Virus record (IMG/VR): IMGVR_UViG_3300021963_000022
DNA length: 64,000 bases
Strand: one strand, 5' to 3'
Source of the DNA: a virus
Lineage: Duplodnaviria; Caudoviricetes
A model generated the notes under the pieces. It was not told where the DNA came from. It saw nothing but the letters and a program-made list of their open reading frames with translations, and searched no databases. The translations under genes and the position numbers were made by a program. Below, one piece after another: positions 34,709-44,763 of this stretch (within the stretch, counting starts at the first letter, position 1; every line of letters starts with the position of its first letter).

Positions 34709-37422
34709 GTTATGTGGATGCAATACACGCAAAAGATGAGGACCGTATCTACGTTGTAGAGAGGGATAATAACGGCAAGCGTCAGTACAAAGAGTATCCC
34801 ACTAACTATGTATTGTATTATCCCGATCACAAAGGTAAGCAACGCAGTATCTATGGCGATCCTGTAACTAGATTTTCAACTAGGAAAAGAACTGAGTTTG
34901 AAAAAGAAAGACGAATTCACGGTAACAAGAAACTCTTTGAGAGTGATGTTAACGTTGTATTCCGCTGTCTTTCAGAAAACTATTTAGGTGTCGATGCTCC
35001 TAAACTTCATACTTGCTTCTTTGACATTGAGGTAGACTTTGATCCTGTCAAAGGATTCAGTCCAACAGCAGACCCATTTAATCCAGTTACAGCTATCAGT
35101 TGTTACTTAGATTGGCTTGACCAATGTATTACATTAGTTATTGCTCCTAAGCATATGACTAGTGAAACAGCCAATGATATTGTAAATCAATTTGAGAATA
35201 CAATGCTTTTCAATTCAGAGAAGGAAATGTTTGATGTTTTCTTTCAACTGATTGAAGATGCTGATGTATTAACTGGCTGGAACTCAGAGGGATATGATAT
35301 TCCCTATATGGTCAATCGTGTTACTAGAGTGATGAGTAAAGATGATACACGCAAATTCTGTTTGCTAGGTCAACTTCCTAAACCTCGTAAGTATGAACGA
35401 TTCGGTAAAGAAGAAACTACATATGATTTAGTAGGTCGTATTCACATGGACTATTTGCAGTTGTATAAGAAATACAACTATGAATCTCGTCACAGTTACA
35501 AACTTGACTCTATCGGTGAGATGGAAGTAGGTGAGAACAAAACTGTATATGAAGGTACTCTTGACCAATTGTATAACAAAGACTTTAAAAAGTTTATTGA
35601 ATACAATAGACAAGATACTATGTTGTTGGTGAAGATTCACAACAAACTTAAGTTTTTAGAATTAGCTAATCAACTTGCACATGAAAACACAGTACTGCTT
35701 CCAACAGTTATGGGTTCGGTAGCAATGATTGAGATGGCTATTTTTAATGAAGCCCATGAACGTGGGGTTGTTGTTCCAGATAAAAAACGAAAGGTTGAAA
35801 ATGCAGAAGATGTCCAACAGGCAGCAGGTGCCTTTGTTGCTACGCCCAAGAAGGGAATGCACGAATGGGTCGGAGCAGTCGATATTAACTCACTCTATCC
35901 CTCGGTTATTCGTGCCCTCAACATGGCAGGCGAAACCATTATTGCTCAAGTCAGACAAACAATAACTGACCAATACATGAGAGACAAAGGATCACGTCTT
36001 GCCAGCGAAAAGAAATATTTCAAAGAAGGTGATGATGCTGTAACTGGTAGTATCTTGTGGGAGAATTTGTTTGGTGCATTAGAGTACACAGCAATTATGA
36101 ACCAAGAACGTGGTACTATGCTTACAGTAGACTATGAAGATGGTCGTTCAGTGGAAATGTCGGCAGCAGAAATCTGGAAAATGATTTTTGATAGTCACAA
36201 TCCCTGGATGTTATCAGCTAATGGTACAATTTTTACTTATGAAAAAGAAGGCATCGTACCTGGTCTACTAACACGTTGGTACACAGAACGTAAAGTAATT
36301 CAAAAACAAGCTAAAGAAGCATATGGTACAGATATGTATGATTATTATGACAAGCGACAACTTGTTCGTAAAATTTTACTTAACTCAGCATATGGTGCAC
36401 TATTGAATGAACATTGCAGATTCTATGACAAGCGTATTGGTCAAAGTGTTACATTGAGTGGTCGTCAGATTGTTAAGCATATGATGAGTATAATCAATGA
36501 AACAGTTGAAGGTGTGTATTCACACGAAGGAGAAGCAATTGTATACGGTGATACTGATTCTTGCTATTTTACTGCGTTTCCTACGCTTAAAAAGCAAATC
36601 GAAAACAAAGAACTAGACTGGAACAAAGAGACTTGTATCGGATTATACGATGGTATCGCTGACCAAGCTAATGAAAGTTTCCCAGCATTTATGGAGAAAG
36701 CATTTCATGCTCCAAGAAAGAATGGAGCAATCATTAAAGCAGGTCGTGAACTAATCGGTGATCGTGCTATCTTTATTACTAAAAAGCGTTATGCTATCAA
36801 TATCTTTGATAAAGAAGGTAAGCGTAAAGATAAAGATGGTCAAGGTGGTGATATCAAAGCAATGGGTCTTGACTTGAAACGTGCGGACACACCTAAGTAT
36901 GTACAAGAATTCTTAATGAATGTATTGTCAATGGTACTACAGCAAGGTAAAGGTCGTGAGGAAGTTATTACAGTAGTTAAAGACTTTAAACGAAATCTAT
37001 CAGCACAAGATAGTTGGACTAAAGGTTCACCCAAAGGTGTTAACAAACTTACGATGTATGGTGAGCTGGAAGCTCACAGTAAAACTGGTAGAGCTAACAT
37101 GCCCGGTCACGTTCGTGCGGCTCTTAACTGGAATTATTTGCGTAGAGTTTACAACGATAACTACAGTCAGAAGATTGTTGATGGCATGAAAATTGTTGTT
37201 TGTAAACTAAAACAGAATCCAATGGGATTTACTAGCGTAGCTTACCCGACGGATGAACTTAGATTACCCAAATGGTTTTGTGAATTACCGTTTGATGATA
37301 ATGCAATGGAACAAACATTAGTTGATGAGAAGATTGACAACTTATTGGGTGTATTAGATTGGGATTTGCGTTCTAATACTGATACAAAATCTACATTTGA
37401 TGAATTATTTACATTTGGTTAA
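34705..37422 (+). CDS. Family B DNA polymerase (T4 gp43-like)
   Basis: Exo motifs FFDIEV, WNSEGYDIPY, YNRQD; Pol motifs DINSLYPS, KILLNSAYG, YGDTDS, KKRY. Confidence 0.97.
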   Translation: MSYVDAIHAKDEDRIYVVERDNNGKRQYKEYPTNYVLYYPDHKGKQRSIYGDPVTRFSTRKRTEFEKERRIHGNKKLFESDVNVVFRCLSENYLGVDAPKLHTCFFDIEVDFDPVKGFSPTADPFNPVTAISCYLDWLDQCITLVIAPKHMTSETANDIVNQFENTMLFNSEKEMFDVFFQLIEDADVLTGWNSEGYDIPYMVNRVTRVMSKDDTRKFCLLGQLPKPRKYERFGKEETTYDLVGRIHMDYLQLYKKYNYESRHSYKLDSIGEMEVGENKTVYEGTLDQLYNKDFKKFIEYNRQDTMLLVKIHNKLKFLELANQLAHENTVLLPTVMGSVAMIEMAIFNEAHERGVVVPDKKRKVENAEDVQQAAGAFVATPKKGMHEWVGAVDINSLYPSVIRALNMAGETIIAQVRQTITDQYMRDKGSRLASEKKYFKEGDDAVTGSILWENLFGALEYTAIMNQERGTMLTVDYEDGRSVEMSAAEIWKMIFDSHNPWMLSANGTIFTYEKEGIVPGLLTRWYTERKVIQKQAKEAYGTDMYDYYDKRQLVRKILLNSAYGALLNEHCRFYDKRIGQSVTLSGRQIVKHMMSIINETVEGVYSHEGEAIVYGDTDSCYFTAFPTLKKQIENKELDWNKETCIGLYDGIADQANESFPAFMEKAFHAPRKNGAIIKAGRELIGDRAIFITKKRYAINIFDKEGKRKDKDGQGGDIKAMGLDLKRADTPKYVQEFLMNVLSMVLQQGKGREEVITVVKDFKRNLSAQDSWTKGSPKGVNKLTMYGELEAHSKTGRANMPGHVRAALNWNYLRRVYNDNYSQKIVDGMKIVVCKLKQNPMGFTSVAYPTDELRLPKWFCELPFDDNAMEQTLVDEKIDNLLGVLDWDLRSNTDTKSTFDELFTFG

Positions 37423-37429
37423 ACTGGTA

Positions 37430-37458
37430 TTGACATTCGTAATAAAACCCATCATAAT
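37430..37458 (+). promoter_or_regulatory. sigma70-type promoter (TTGACA-17-CATAAT)
   Basis: Immediately after the polB stop. Confidence 0.75.
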
Positions 37459-37506
37459 GACACATATTGCTATATTAAATATTAGCACAAATTACAAAGG
37501 AAAAAC

Positions 37507-38241
37507 ATGAAAGATATTTTAAAAGAGTTAGTATTATACACAAAAAAATTAGGTTTCATTAACCTAATCAAAATTACAGGTACAGATAAAGATGTTACTA
37601 TCAATGCTATTGCTGATAACAAAACAGTTATTGTTAATGGTTTGATGAAGCAACCTGTACCGGGCTTTGATGGTGTATTTGGTATGCCTAACTTAGGCAA
37701 ACTTGATACTATCTTAAACTTAGATGTATATGATGAACTAAGTAACATTACAGTACAACCTAAGATTGAAGATGACGGTACTAGTGTTCCCGGTACTATT
37801 CACTTTGAAACAGTAAACAAAGACTTTGTTAACGATTATCGTTTGATGAGTAAGTCAGTTGTATCAGAGCAAATCAAGTCAGTAATTTTCAATGGTACAG
37901 TTTGGAATGTTGAATTCGAACCAACTATTGTAGGTATTCAACGTTTACGCCGTCAGTCTCAAGCTAATAGCGAAGAAGAATCTTTTATGACAAAAACTGA
38001 GAACGGTGATCTAAAGATTTACTTTGGTGATCATAGTACACACTCGGGTAACTTTATTTTTCAACATTCAGTTAATGGAACACTAAATAAAAGTTGGAGG
38101 TGGCCTATTAAAGAATTCTTAGCAATCGTAGATTTACCCGGCGATAAGAAGATTCGTTTTAGTGACCAAGGTGCGTGTGAGATTGTTATCGACAATGGCA
38201 CAAGCGTATATCAATATCTTTTCCCAGCACAAACAAAATGA
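37507..38241 (+). CDS. Probable sliding clamp (processivity factor)
   Basis: 244 aa with a two-domain beta/alpha pattern; directly after polB; clamp loader is in the same window. Confidence 0.6.
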   Translation: MKDILKELVLYTKKLGFINLIKITGTDKDVTINAIADNKTVIVNGLMKQPVPGFDGVFGMPNLGKLDTILNLDVYDELSNITVQPKIEDDGTSVPGTIHFETVNKDFVNDYRLMSKSVVSEQIKSVIFNGTVWNVEFEPTIVGIQRLRRQSQANSEEESFMTKTENGDLKIYFGDHSTHSGNFIFQHSVNGTLNKSWRWPIKEFLAIVDLPGDKKIRFSDQGACEIVIDNGTSVYQYLFPAQTK

Positions 38242-38972
38242 CAATTAAAAGTATTTCAGGCGGAGTGGGTGTAGTAGTTAACGGCGGAACACCCGCATAT
38301 CCCGTCATAGACATGAAAGAAGTTAGCGCCGGTCTAGTTAGATATAATACGGATCACCTAGAAGTTTTTGATGGTACTGCTTGGAAGCCTCTTGGTTGGT
38401 CTGATTGTAACGTTGATTTGTCTAATCCTGCTATGGATTTACTATCCTGGGTACGTGAGAAGATGATTGAAGAACAATCAAAGGATACTACTAGTGTATT
38501 GTCTCCTGAAGCTATTGACTTACTAACATGGGTCAAGGCTAAAAGACATGAAGAAGAAAATGGTGTAAGTTTAATTACACCTGAGATGGAAGAACTGTTT
38601 GCTTGGGTTAGACTTAAGAAACAGGAAGATGATATCTTAGCACGTAAACGTCAGGAAGAAGAAGCGCAGAAAAGAAAACAAGCTGATTTGCGTAGACTTA
38701 TGGAAGAAGAAGCTAGAAAATCAATGTTGATTAAACAGGAAATTAAACCCGTACCTGTTCTATTTCCAGAGCCTGTACAACAGCCTGTACAACCTGTACA
38801 AGAGTTTGAGCCTGAGGTGATTGAAGAAGTAGTATCTGAAGTAGTTGAAGAAGTTATTCCAGAAACAACTACAAAAGCAACACCCAAAACAAAGAAAAAG
38901 AAAAAGATTGAACCAGTAGTGGTTGTAGTTGAGAAACCAAAAGAGATTCCACCAGAAGACAGGATGTGGTAA
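38238..38972 (+). CDS. Hypothetical protein, paralogue of the next gene, with 3 internal helical repeats
   Basis: RYNTDHLEVFDG..W; three L.xxx.DLL.WV(R/K)xKxxEE repeats. Confidence 0.65.
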   Translation: MTIKSISGGVGVVVNGGTPAYPVIDMKEVSAGLVRYNTDHLEVFDGTAWKPLGWSDCNVDLSNPAMDLLSWVREKMIEEQSKDTTSVLSPEAIDLLTWVKAKRHEEENGVSLITPEMEELFAWVRLKKQEDDILARKRQEEEAQKRKQADLRRLMEEEARKSMLIKQEIKPVPVLFPEPVQQPVQPVQEFEPEVIEEVVSEVVEEVIPETTTKATPKTKKKKKIEPVVVVVEKPKEIPPEDRMW

Positions 38973-39340
38973 TGATAAAAAGTATTCAGACTAATGGTCC
39001 GTTCTTAAGTGTAGCAGGTGGCTATCCATCTGCTACATATATCAGTAATGGTAGTGGACCAGGTGTAGGTAATATGCGATATAACCCCAACAGTCAAAAC
39101 ATTGAAGTATTTGATGGCAGTATTTGGGTTATTATGCAATCTAGTAATGCTTATATTAGTTTAGACCATGAAGCAGTTATATTGTTAGAATGGGTACGTA
39201 AGAAGCGTGATGAGGATCTTGAAGTAGAACGATTAGCAGAAACTAATTCAACTATCAAGGACCTTGTAAATCAAGTTAAAGAAAAACAAGAACAAATTCG
39301 TATTGTTCAAGCACTCGTAAAAGAAGAAGTAAAAGTTTAA
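38972..39340 (+). CDS. Conserved phage hypothetical protein
   Basis: MRYNPNSQNIEVFDGSIW...LLEWVRKKRDE. Confidence 0.7.
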   Translation: MIKSIQTNGPFLSVAGGYPSATYISNGSGPGVGNMRYNPNSQNIEVFDGSIWVIMQSSNAYISLDHEAVILLEWVRKKRDEDLEVERLAETNSTIKDLVNQVKEKQEQIRIVQALVKEEVKV

Positions 39341-40896
39341 TGGAACAAGTAAATCTATCAAATCATCACAAAGATGATTGGGCGTTATTCCTACCAGCAG
39401 TCAGTAGCTTCTATATCTCTGGCTTAGGTAAGCAACGTAAAGGTGAAGAGTATTTTGAACAATCTCGTATACCTGCAGGCTTTAACAATGATGTAGAAAA
39501 ACTAAACTTTCTTAATAGCAAAGAAGGTCTCTATTATTATAAATGGGGCTTGTACTCTGCTGGTCATGCTAACTTAGATACTACTAAAGACGATCCTAGT
39601 GAATCAATCATTAGAGAACGTGAAGCTGGTACATTCATGTTGGGCGACTCTGGTGGATTTCAAATTCTTAAAGGTCAATGGCCGGCTGATTGGAAAGATC
39701 CTAACTGTCCTAAAGCTTTAGAAAAACGTCAAATTGTTTTGAAGTGGATGGATACATACATGGACTATGGTATGTGTTTAGATGTACCTAGTCAATCATT
39801 CTTAAACAAACCTGCTATCAAACTTCATGGCATTCATAACATCGAAGAAGCTATTACTGCTACACATATTAATAACGAATACTTTATTAACAATCGTTCG
39901 GGTAAGTGTAAGTTCTTAAATGTATTGCAAGGTACTACACATACTGAAAGTGATTCATGGTACAACGAAATGAAAAAGTATTGTGATCCAAACATCTATC
40001 CAGACAATCACTTTAATGGTTGGGCGTTTGGTGGCCAGAATAAAATTGATGTTGACTTGATGTTACGTAGATTTGTTGATATTGTATATGACGGATTGTT
40101 ACAAGAAGGTAAACATGATTTGGTTCACTGTTTGGGTGTATCAATCTTAGAGTATGCTGTATTGTTTACTGATATTCAAAAAGCTATTCGTAAGTATCAT
40201 AACCCAAGTTTGAAGATTACGTTTGATTGTGCAAGCCCATTCTTTAGTGCGGCCAAAGGACTTGCTTACTTTAATACAAACATTGAACATAATCAGAAGT
40301 GGTCATATCAAATGGAAAAGACTGCTGAGAAGAAGTCTTATGCTACTGATAATCGGACGTTTATTGATGCTGTTTTGGCTGATGGTATCCATAAACAGTT
40401 TACAAATAGTCCAGTAACTGATAAACTACTTATTAGAGATTTGTGTTATAGAGGGATAGGATTCTTAGGACAACATAACAAAGAAACAAAAACTAGCTGG
40501 GATACACTTAGCTATACATTGTTACAAAGTCATAATGTCTATACTCATATCAATGCTGTGCAAGAAGCTAATCGTAGATATGAGCAAGGAATTCATCCAG
40601 CAATGGTTAGAAATAAAAATACAGGTTTAACCTTTGGTCAGTTGATTGATAGTATTTTTGCATGTAAAACTAAACAAGAAAGTTTAGATATCATTACACA
40701 GTATGAACTATTCTGGACGCAAATGCAATCAGGTAGTCAAGGATTTAGTGGTAAGAAAACTATCAATTCACGTACACAATATAAAGAACTTTTTACAGAA
40801 GAAGAATCAGATTCTGAACTATATTTGTTAGAAGATATTAAACCTAACAAATATTCTTCTAATGAAAAGTTTAACGAACTATTTACACTTGAATAA
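39340..40896 (+). CDS. dpdA: tRNA-guanine-transglycosylase-fold protein, probable DNA 7-deazaguanine transglycosylase (DpdA-like)
   Basis: LGDSGGFQ, MCLDVP, NVLQG, GWAFGG, VHCLG; clustered with folE/queD/queE. Confidence 0.8.
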   Translation: MEQVNLSNHHKDDWALFLPAVSSFYISGLGKQRKGEEYFEQSRIPAGFNNDVEKLNFLNSKEGLYYYKWGLYSAGHANLDTTKDDPSESIIREREAGTFMLGDSGGFQILKGQWPADWKDPNCPKALEKRQIVLKWMDTYMDYGMCLDVPSQSFLNKPAIKLHGIHNIEEAITATHINNEYFINNRSGKCKFLNVLQGTTHTESDSWYNEMKKYCDPNIYPDNHFNGWAFGGQNKIDVDLMLRRFVDIVYDGLLQEGKHDLVHCLGVSILEYAVLFTDIQKAIRKYHNPSLKITFDCASPFFSAAKGLAYFNTNIEHNQKWSYQMEKTAEKKSYATDNRTFIDAVLADGIHKQFTNSPVTDKLLIRDLCYRGIGFLGQHNKETKTSWDTLSYTLLQSHNVYTHINAVQEANRRYEQGIHPAMVRNKNTGLTFGQLIDSIFACKTKQESLDIITQYELFWTQMQSGSQGFSGKKTINSRTQYKELFTEEESDSELYLLEDIKPNKYSSNEKFNELFTLE

Positions 40897-40905
40897 GGAG
40901 ATAAC

Positions 40906-41118
40906 ATGCCATATCGTAGTAGAATCAGTATATTAAAAGAATCACATCGTTTGATTGATGAACAGATTATAGTAATGGAAGCTAACAACGCTGATCCGTT
41001 GAAGATTTCAGAAATGAAAAAACAAAGACTAATTTACAAAGACGAGATCCGAAGAATGGAACGTATTCAATGGGAACATGATCATGATACTGTCGACCTC
41101 AGCGATGATGACTATTAA
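40906..41118 (+). CDS. DUF465/YdcH-like coiled-coil protein
   Basis: LKESHRLIDEQI...MKKQRLIYKDEI pattern; AGGAG SD. Confidence 0.6.
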   Translation: MPYRSRISILKESHRLIDEQIIVMEANNADPLKISEMKKQRLIYKDEIRRMERIQWEHDHDTVDLSDDDY

Positions 41119-41311
41119 ATCAACTATGACTGCCGAAACCGAAGAATCTACTATTTCATTTAGAGGTGGTTCTGATGAAATGCTACGTATAGCAAAAGAT
41201 GGGTTTTATGTACGTGGAGTTCGGGTAAATCAGGATGACAAAGAAGCTGAAATAGTGTATAATACATTTCATCAGTGGTTAACATGGGCCTCACTTAACA
41301 GGAAATATTAA
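41078..41311 (+). CDS. Hypothetical protein (start uncertain)
   Basis: ORF fills the operon gap. Confidence 0.5.
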   Translation: MIMILSTSAMMTIKSTMTAETEESTISFRGGSDEMLRIAKDGFYVRGVRVNQDDKEAEIVYNTFHQWLTWASLNRKY

Positions 41312-41763
41312 TGGAACAACATATTCAAGCAATGAATGAAAAACGTGTACGCATTAAGCATTATGCTAAACGTATGATTTTTGTAACATTTCAAAAAGAG
41401 GGTATTCATATGTACCCGGCAGCGGCAACAGATCCAGCACTCGCAACAGGTGATGAATATGATGTTAGCTTTTTAGGAACTCCACATCGTCACATCTTTC
41501 ATTTTAGTGTGGCGATTGAAGTATTTCACAATGACAGGGATATTGAATTCATTCAATTTAAACGCTGGTTAGAAAATCTCTACAAAGGCGGAACACTTGA
41601 ATTGAATTACAAGAGTTGTGAAATGATTAGTGATGACCTCTATGAGCAAATCGCTACTCGCTATCCCGATCGTAACATTGAGATTACTGTCAGTGAAGAC
41701 GGTGAGAACGGTGCAACGATTTATTATAATACAAGCAAACCTTATCAACAACTCGCTATTTAA
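41311..41763 (+). CDS. QueD-like T-fold protein, DpdL-like (predicted CDG decarboxylase)
   Basis: FLGTPHRHIFHF (LxxxHRHxF), DRDIEFIQFK, SCEMIS, VSEDGENGA; a second QueD paralogue next to dpdA. Confidence 0.65.
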   Translation: MEQHIQAMNEKRVRIKHYAKRMIFVTFQKEGIHMYPAAATDPALATGDEYDVSFLGTPHRHIFHFSVAIEVFHNDRDIEFIQFKRWLENLYKGGTLELNYKSCEMISDDLYEQIATRYPDRNIEITVSEDGENGATIYYNTSKPYQQLAI

Positions 41764-41774
41764 AGGAAAATACA

Positions 41775-41981
41775 ATGGCAAAACATACTTTTCAACCTAA
41801 TCCTCGTGTACGTCAAATTTTCGAGGATCTAGAAAAGTACTTGGCATTCTGCCAAGATTATGGCTACAAATATGACGAATCCTCATTATACGATATGCGT
41901 AGTTACGTATATCGTCAACACACTAAACAGTTATCTGGAAAGTGGGCTAAAGATTCATGGGCTGATGCAATCGTCCGATGA
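41775..41981 (+). CDS. Hypothetical protein
   Basis: 68 aa, AAGGA SD. Confidence 0.6.
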   Translation: MAKHTFQPNPRVRQIFEDLEKYLAFCQDYGYKYDESSLYDMRSYVYRQHTKQLSGKWAKDSWADAIVR

Positions 41982-43156
41982 GAAAATTATTCTATATGGG
42001 TCTCGAACCTTACAAAGCACGTTACACTCTACAATTACAAGAGTGGAATGAACGTGTATTTAAACGTAGAGGTATTAACTATGTTATCGTGCCTGGCGAA
42101 ACATTAAGTGATGACCAAGCTATTGTTACAGGTCAAGTACTAGACGCACATGGACGTACATACTTTGGTATGAGTCAACTAATGAATCTAGTACGTATGA
42201 TGAAAGCAGGAGAGTGTAGTGACCAAGATATTATCTATTTTGAAGATATGTTTCAACCAGGTATTGAGAGTTTGCCGTATATACTTAAGCAAGTACCTAC
42301 TAATCTTCGTCCTCGTATATTTGTCCGTTGTCTTGCTCAGTCAATCGATCCGGATGATTTCGTACATGTATGGGGAATGAGTGAATTCATGGGTCTCTAT
42401 GAGAAGATGGTAGATAGTTTTGTTGATGGCGTACTAGCTACTAACGAAGAAATGATTATGCATATGAAGATTGCAGGCTGGAAGTCACCTCTATATAACA
42501 TTAGTGGTCTTGCATTCGGTAAGAATGAGGTGCGTAGTCGTGTATTAGGACCATTGAAACCCTTTGAAGAACGTACTATGCGTGTAGCATTTAGTGCAAG
42601 ATGGGATCAAGAAAAACAACCTGATTTCTATATGGACTTAATTGAAGCGTTTTATTCTAGGTCAAATAAAAAAATTGAATTCTGTGTATTCAGTGGTAGT
42701 AAGTTAAAAAGCAATAACGAAAGTTATATGGAACGTACTCGCAAACTACAGAGCGAGGGTAAACTTGTCATCTATGAAGACTTGGAAAAGAATGATTACT
42801 ATGACCTATTAAACGATACTAGAGTATTGTTTAACTGTGCTTTACAAGACTGGGTAAGTAATACAGTTAGCGAAGCAGACACATTAGGTTGTAATGTATT
42901 ATATCCGGCATATCGTAGTTTCCCGGAAACGTTTGCTAATGATAATACACGACTGTATGTTCCTTGGAGTATTGATGATGCTATGTCTAAATTGCAAAAT
43001 TTGTTAATGGCACCGCACAATTTTCAAGGTCGTATTAGTGATTATACTGATAAAACTATTGACCGTATCTGTGATATCATGGAAGGCAATGGAGAACAAT
43101 ATTTACGCATGGGTAGTGACTATCGTAAATACACAAGAGAAACAAAATACTCATAA
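41978..43156 (+). CDS. GT-B fold glycosyltransferase (GT4-like)
   Basis: FSARWDQEKQPDF, VLFNCALQDWVSNTVSEA..LGCNVLYP...SFPE. Confidence 0.75.
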   Translation: MRKLFYMGLEPYKARYTLQLQEWNERVFKRRGINYVIVPGETLSDDQAIVTGQVLDAHGRTYFGMSQLMNLVRMMKAGECSDQDIIYFEDMFQPGIESLPYILKQVPTNLRPRIFVRCLAQSIDPDDFVHVWGMSEFMGLYEKMVDSFVDGVLATNEEMIMHMKIAGWKSPLYNISGLAFGKNEVRSRVLGPLKPFEERTMRVAFSARWDQEKQPDFYMDLIEAFYSRSNKKIEFCVFSGSKLKSNNESYMERTRKLQSEGKLVIYEDLEKNDYYDLLNDTRVLFNCALQDWVSNTVSEADTLGCNVLYPAYRSFPETFANDNTRLYVPWSIDDAMSKLQNLLMAPHNFQGRISDYTDKTIDRICDIMEGNGEQYLRMGSDYRKYTRETKYS

Positions 43157-43171
43157 CATAAAGGAAATAAC

Positions 43172-43366
43172 ATGAGCGCACATAACGATATTAACACACA
43201 TTTAGAAGCATACTTGACCGAACATGAAAAGTTTGATAAAGGTAATGCGGCTGCAGGAACACGTGCCCGTAAAGCATTAGCTGAGATGGCTAAGGCAATT
43301 AAAGCACGCCGTAATGAAATTACAGCAGAAAAAGCCGCACGTGCAGAAGCAAAAGCTAAGGCTTAA
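43172..43366 (+). CDS. Histone H1-like (Hc1-like) small basic protein
   Basis: KFDKGNAAAGTRARKALAEMAK..K.RR.EI. Confidence 0.7.
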   Translation: MSAHNDINTHLEAYLTEHEKFDKGNAAAGTRARKALAEMAKAIKARRNEITAEKAARAEAKAKA

Positions 43367-43368
43367 TC

Positions 43369-43599
43369 ATGGCAACTCGCAAGAAAATTCAACTTGAAGA
43401 AGTTAGTTCATTGCCAGACTCAATACAAGTAGGTAGTCACTTAACTGTGTCTACCTACTCTGATGGTCGTACTGAATTGGAATGGGATTGGGATGCATTA
43501 GTTAAAGAGGTACGTGAAGCCTGCGCTAGTGTTGAACTTGCCAATACAAAGCCCGCAGTTAAAGCTAAATCAAAAAAATCAGTTGCTAAATCAAAGTGA
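43369..43599 (+). CDS. Hypothetical protein
   Basis: 76-aa ORF. Confidence 0.55.
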   Translation: MATRKKIQLEEVSSLPDSIQVGSHLTVSTYSDGRTELEWDWDALVKEVREACASVELANTKPAVKAKSKKSVAKSK

Positions 43600-43630
43600 T
43601 AAATACTTGTGTTACACAACGGTAACACAA
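43598..43630 (+). promoter_or_regulatory. Late-like promoter GATAAATA followed by a perfect 9-bp hairpin in the folE leader
   Basis: TTGTGTTAC-ACAACG-GTAACACAA at 43607-43630. Confidence 0.5.
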
Positions 43631-43665
43631 TGTCAAAACAAAACCATCACAAAGGAAGGTTATCT

Positions 43666-44352
43666 ATGAGTTATAATAAAACAAAAACAGATCCAGAGTT
43701 GGGTCAAAAAGTTCATCTACATCTATTAAATATGGGCGTAGAAACGCCAATTGACGATACAATTGATTTAGGTGATCGTAAGGATCGTATTGAAAAGATT
43801 GAAGGTCATTTCAAAGCTATTATGGAAACAATGGGTCTAGACCTAGATGATGATAGTCTTATTGAAACACCTAAACGTGTTGCCAAGATGTATGTAAATG
43901 AAATCTTTTGGGGACTTGATTATGAGGCATTCCCTAAATGTACAACAGTTAACAACAAGATGCAATACAACGAAATGGTTGTAGAGCGTAATGTTAATGT
44001 TCAATCTAACTGCGAACATCACTTTGTAGTGATTGATGGATTGGCTACTGTAGCTTATGTCCCTAAACAAAAAGTATTAGGGCTTAGTAAGATCAACCGT
44101 ATTGTAGAATATTTTAGCAAAAGGCCTCAAATACAAGAGAGGTTAACAGAGCAGATATTTCACACCTTACAGTTCATCCTTGAGACAGAAGATGTTGCAG
44201 TTATGATTGATGCACAACATTATTGTGTAAAATCACGTGGGGTAGAAGATACAGGTAGTAGTACTGTTACTTGTCGCCTAGGTGGAGGCTTTAAAACTGA
44301 TCCAGCGGCAAGACAAGAGTTCTTACAGATTGCTAATAAAGGTTGCAAATGA
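43666..44352 (+). CDS. folE: GTP cyclohydrolase I
   Basis: [49 protein letters not shown]; AAGGAAGG SD before ATG 43666. Confidence 0.95.
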   Translation: MSYNKTKTDPELGQKVHLHLLNMGVETPIDDTIDLGDRKDRIEKIEGHFKAIMETMGLDLDDDSLIETPKRVAKMYVNEIFWGLDYEAFPKCTTVNNKMQYNEMVVERNVNVQSNCEHHFVVIDGLATVAYVPKQKVLGLSKINRIVEYFSKRPQIQERLTEQIFHTLQFILETEDVAVMIDAQHYCVKSRGVEDTGSSTVTCRLGGGFKTDPAARQEFLQIANKGCK

Positions 44353-44540
44353 AATTTAAATTAGGTGATATGGTTAAAAAAGTGTCTGGTTCAGAATGGC
44401 ACGGTAAAGTAGTGGGTACATATTCAACTGAGTTAACGCCTGAAGGATATGCAGTTGAGAGTCATACAGAAAAAGGGTCTGTGCAAATATACCCCGCTAA
44501 GGCTCTTGAACTTTGGGAGATTAATAATGGGAATGCGTAA
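44349..44540 (+). CDS. dfrB: R67/DfrB-type (type II) dihydrofolate reductase homologue
   Basis: [47 protein letters not shown] matches R67 DHFR, including [10 protein letters not shown] and the VQIY active-site motif; ATGA overlap with folE. Confidence 0.85.
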   Translation: MKFKLGDMVKKVSGSEWHGKVVGTYSTELTPEGYAVESHTEKGSVQIYPAKALELWEINNGNA

Positions 44541-44763
44541 ACAAATGGACTACAATAGTGTGCATCATCAAATCTATATGAGTGGTGTAGAACTTCATAG
44601 TAATTACAATGATGGATACAACCAGTTTGAAATCAAAAAAGATTTACATCGTATTAAATGGTTACTTGATGAGATTATGGCTGACGCACCTACATTTACA
44701 GGTGAAGATGAATTCTTAAAAGAACACGAACAAACCAAGATGTGGAGAACACTTTCAAAATGA
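44527..44763 (+). CDS. Hypothetical protein
   Basis: ATG 44527 within ORF 44449..44763. Confidence 0.55.
   Translation: MGMRKQMDYNSVHHQIYMSGVELHSNYNDGYNQFEIKKDLHRIKWLLDEIMADAPTFTGEDEFLKEHEQTKMWRTLSK

Noticed and set aside
34705-37422. Intein or intron in polB
   Set aside because: 905 aa with all motifs in order; no Cys/Ser block A, HN-C/S/T junction or LAGLIDADG insert seen.
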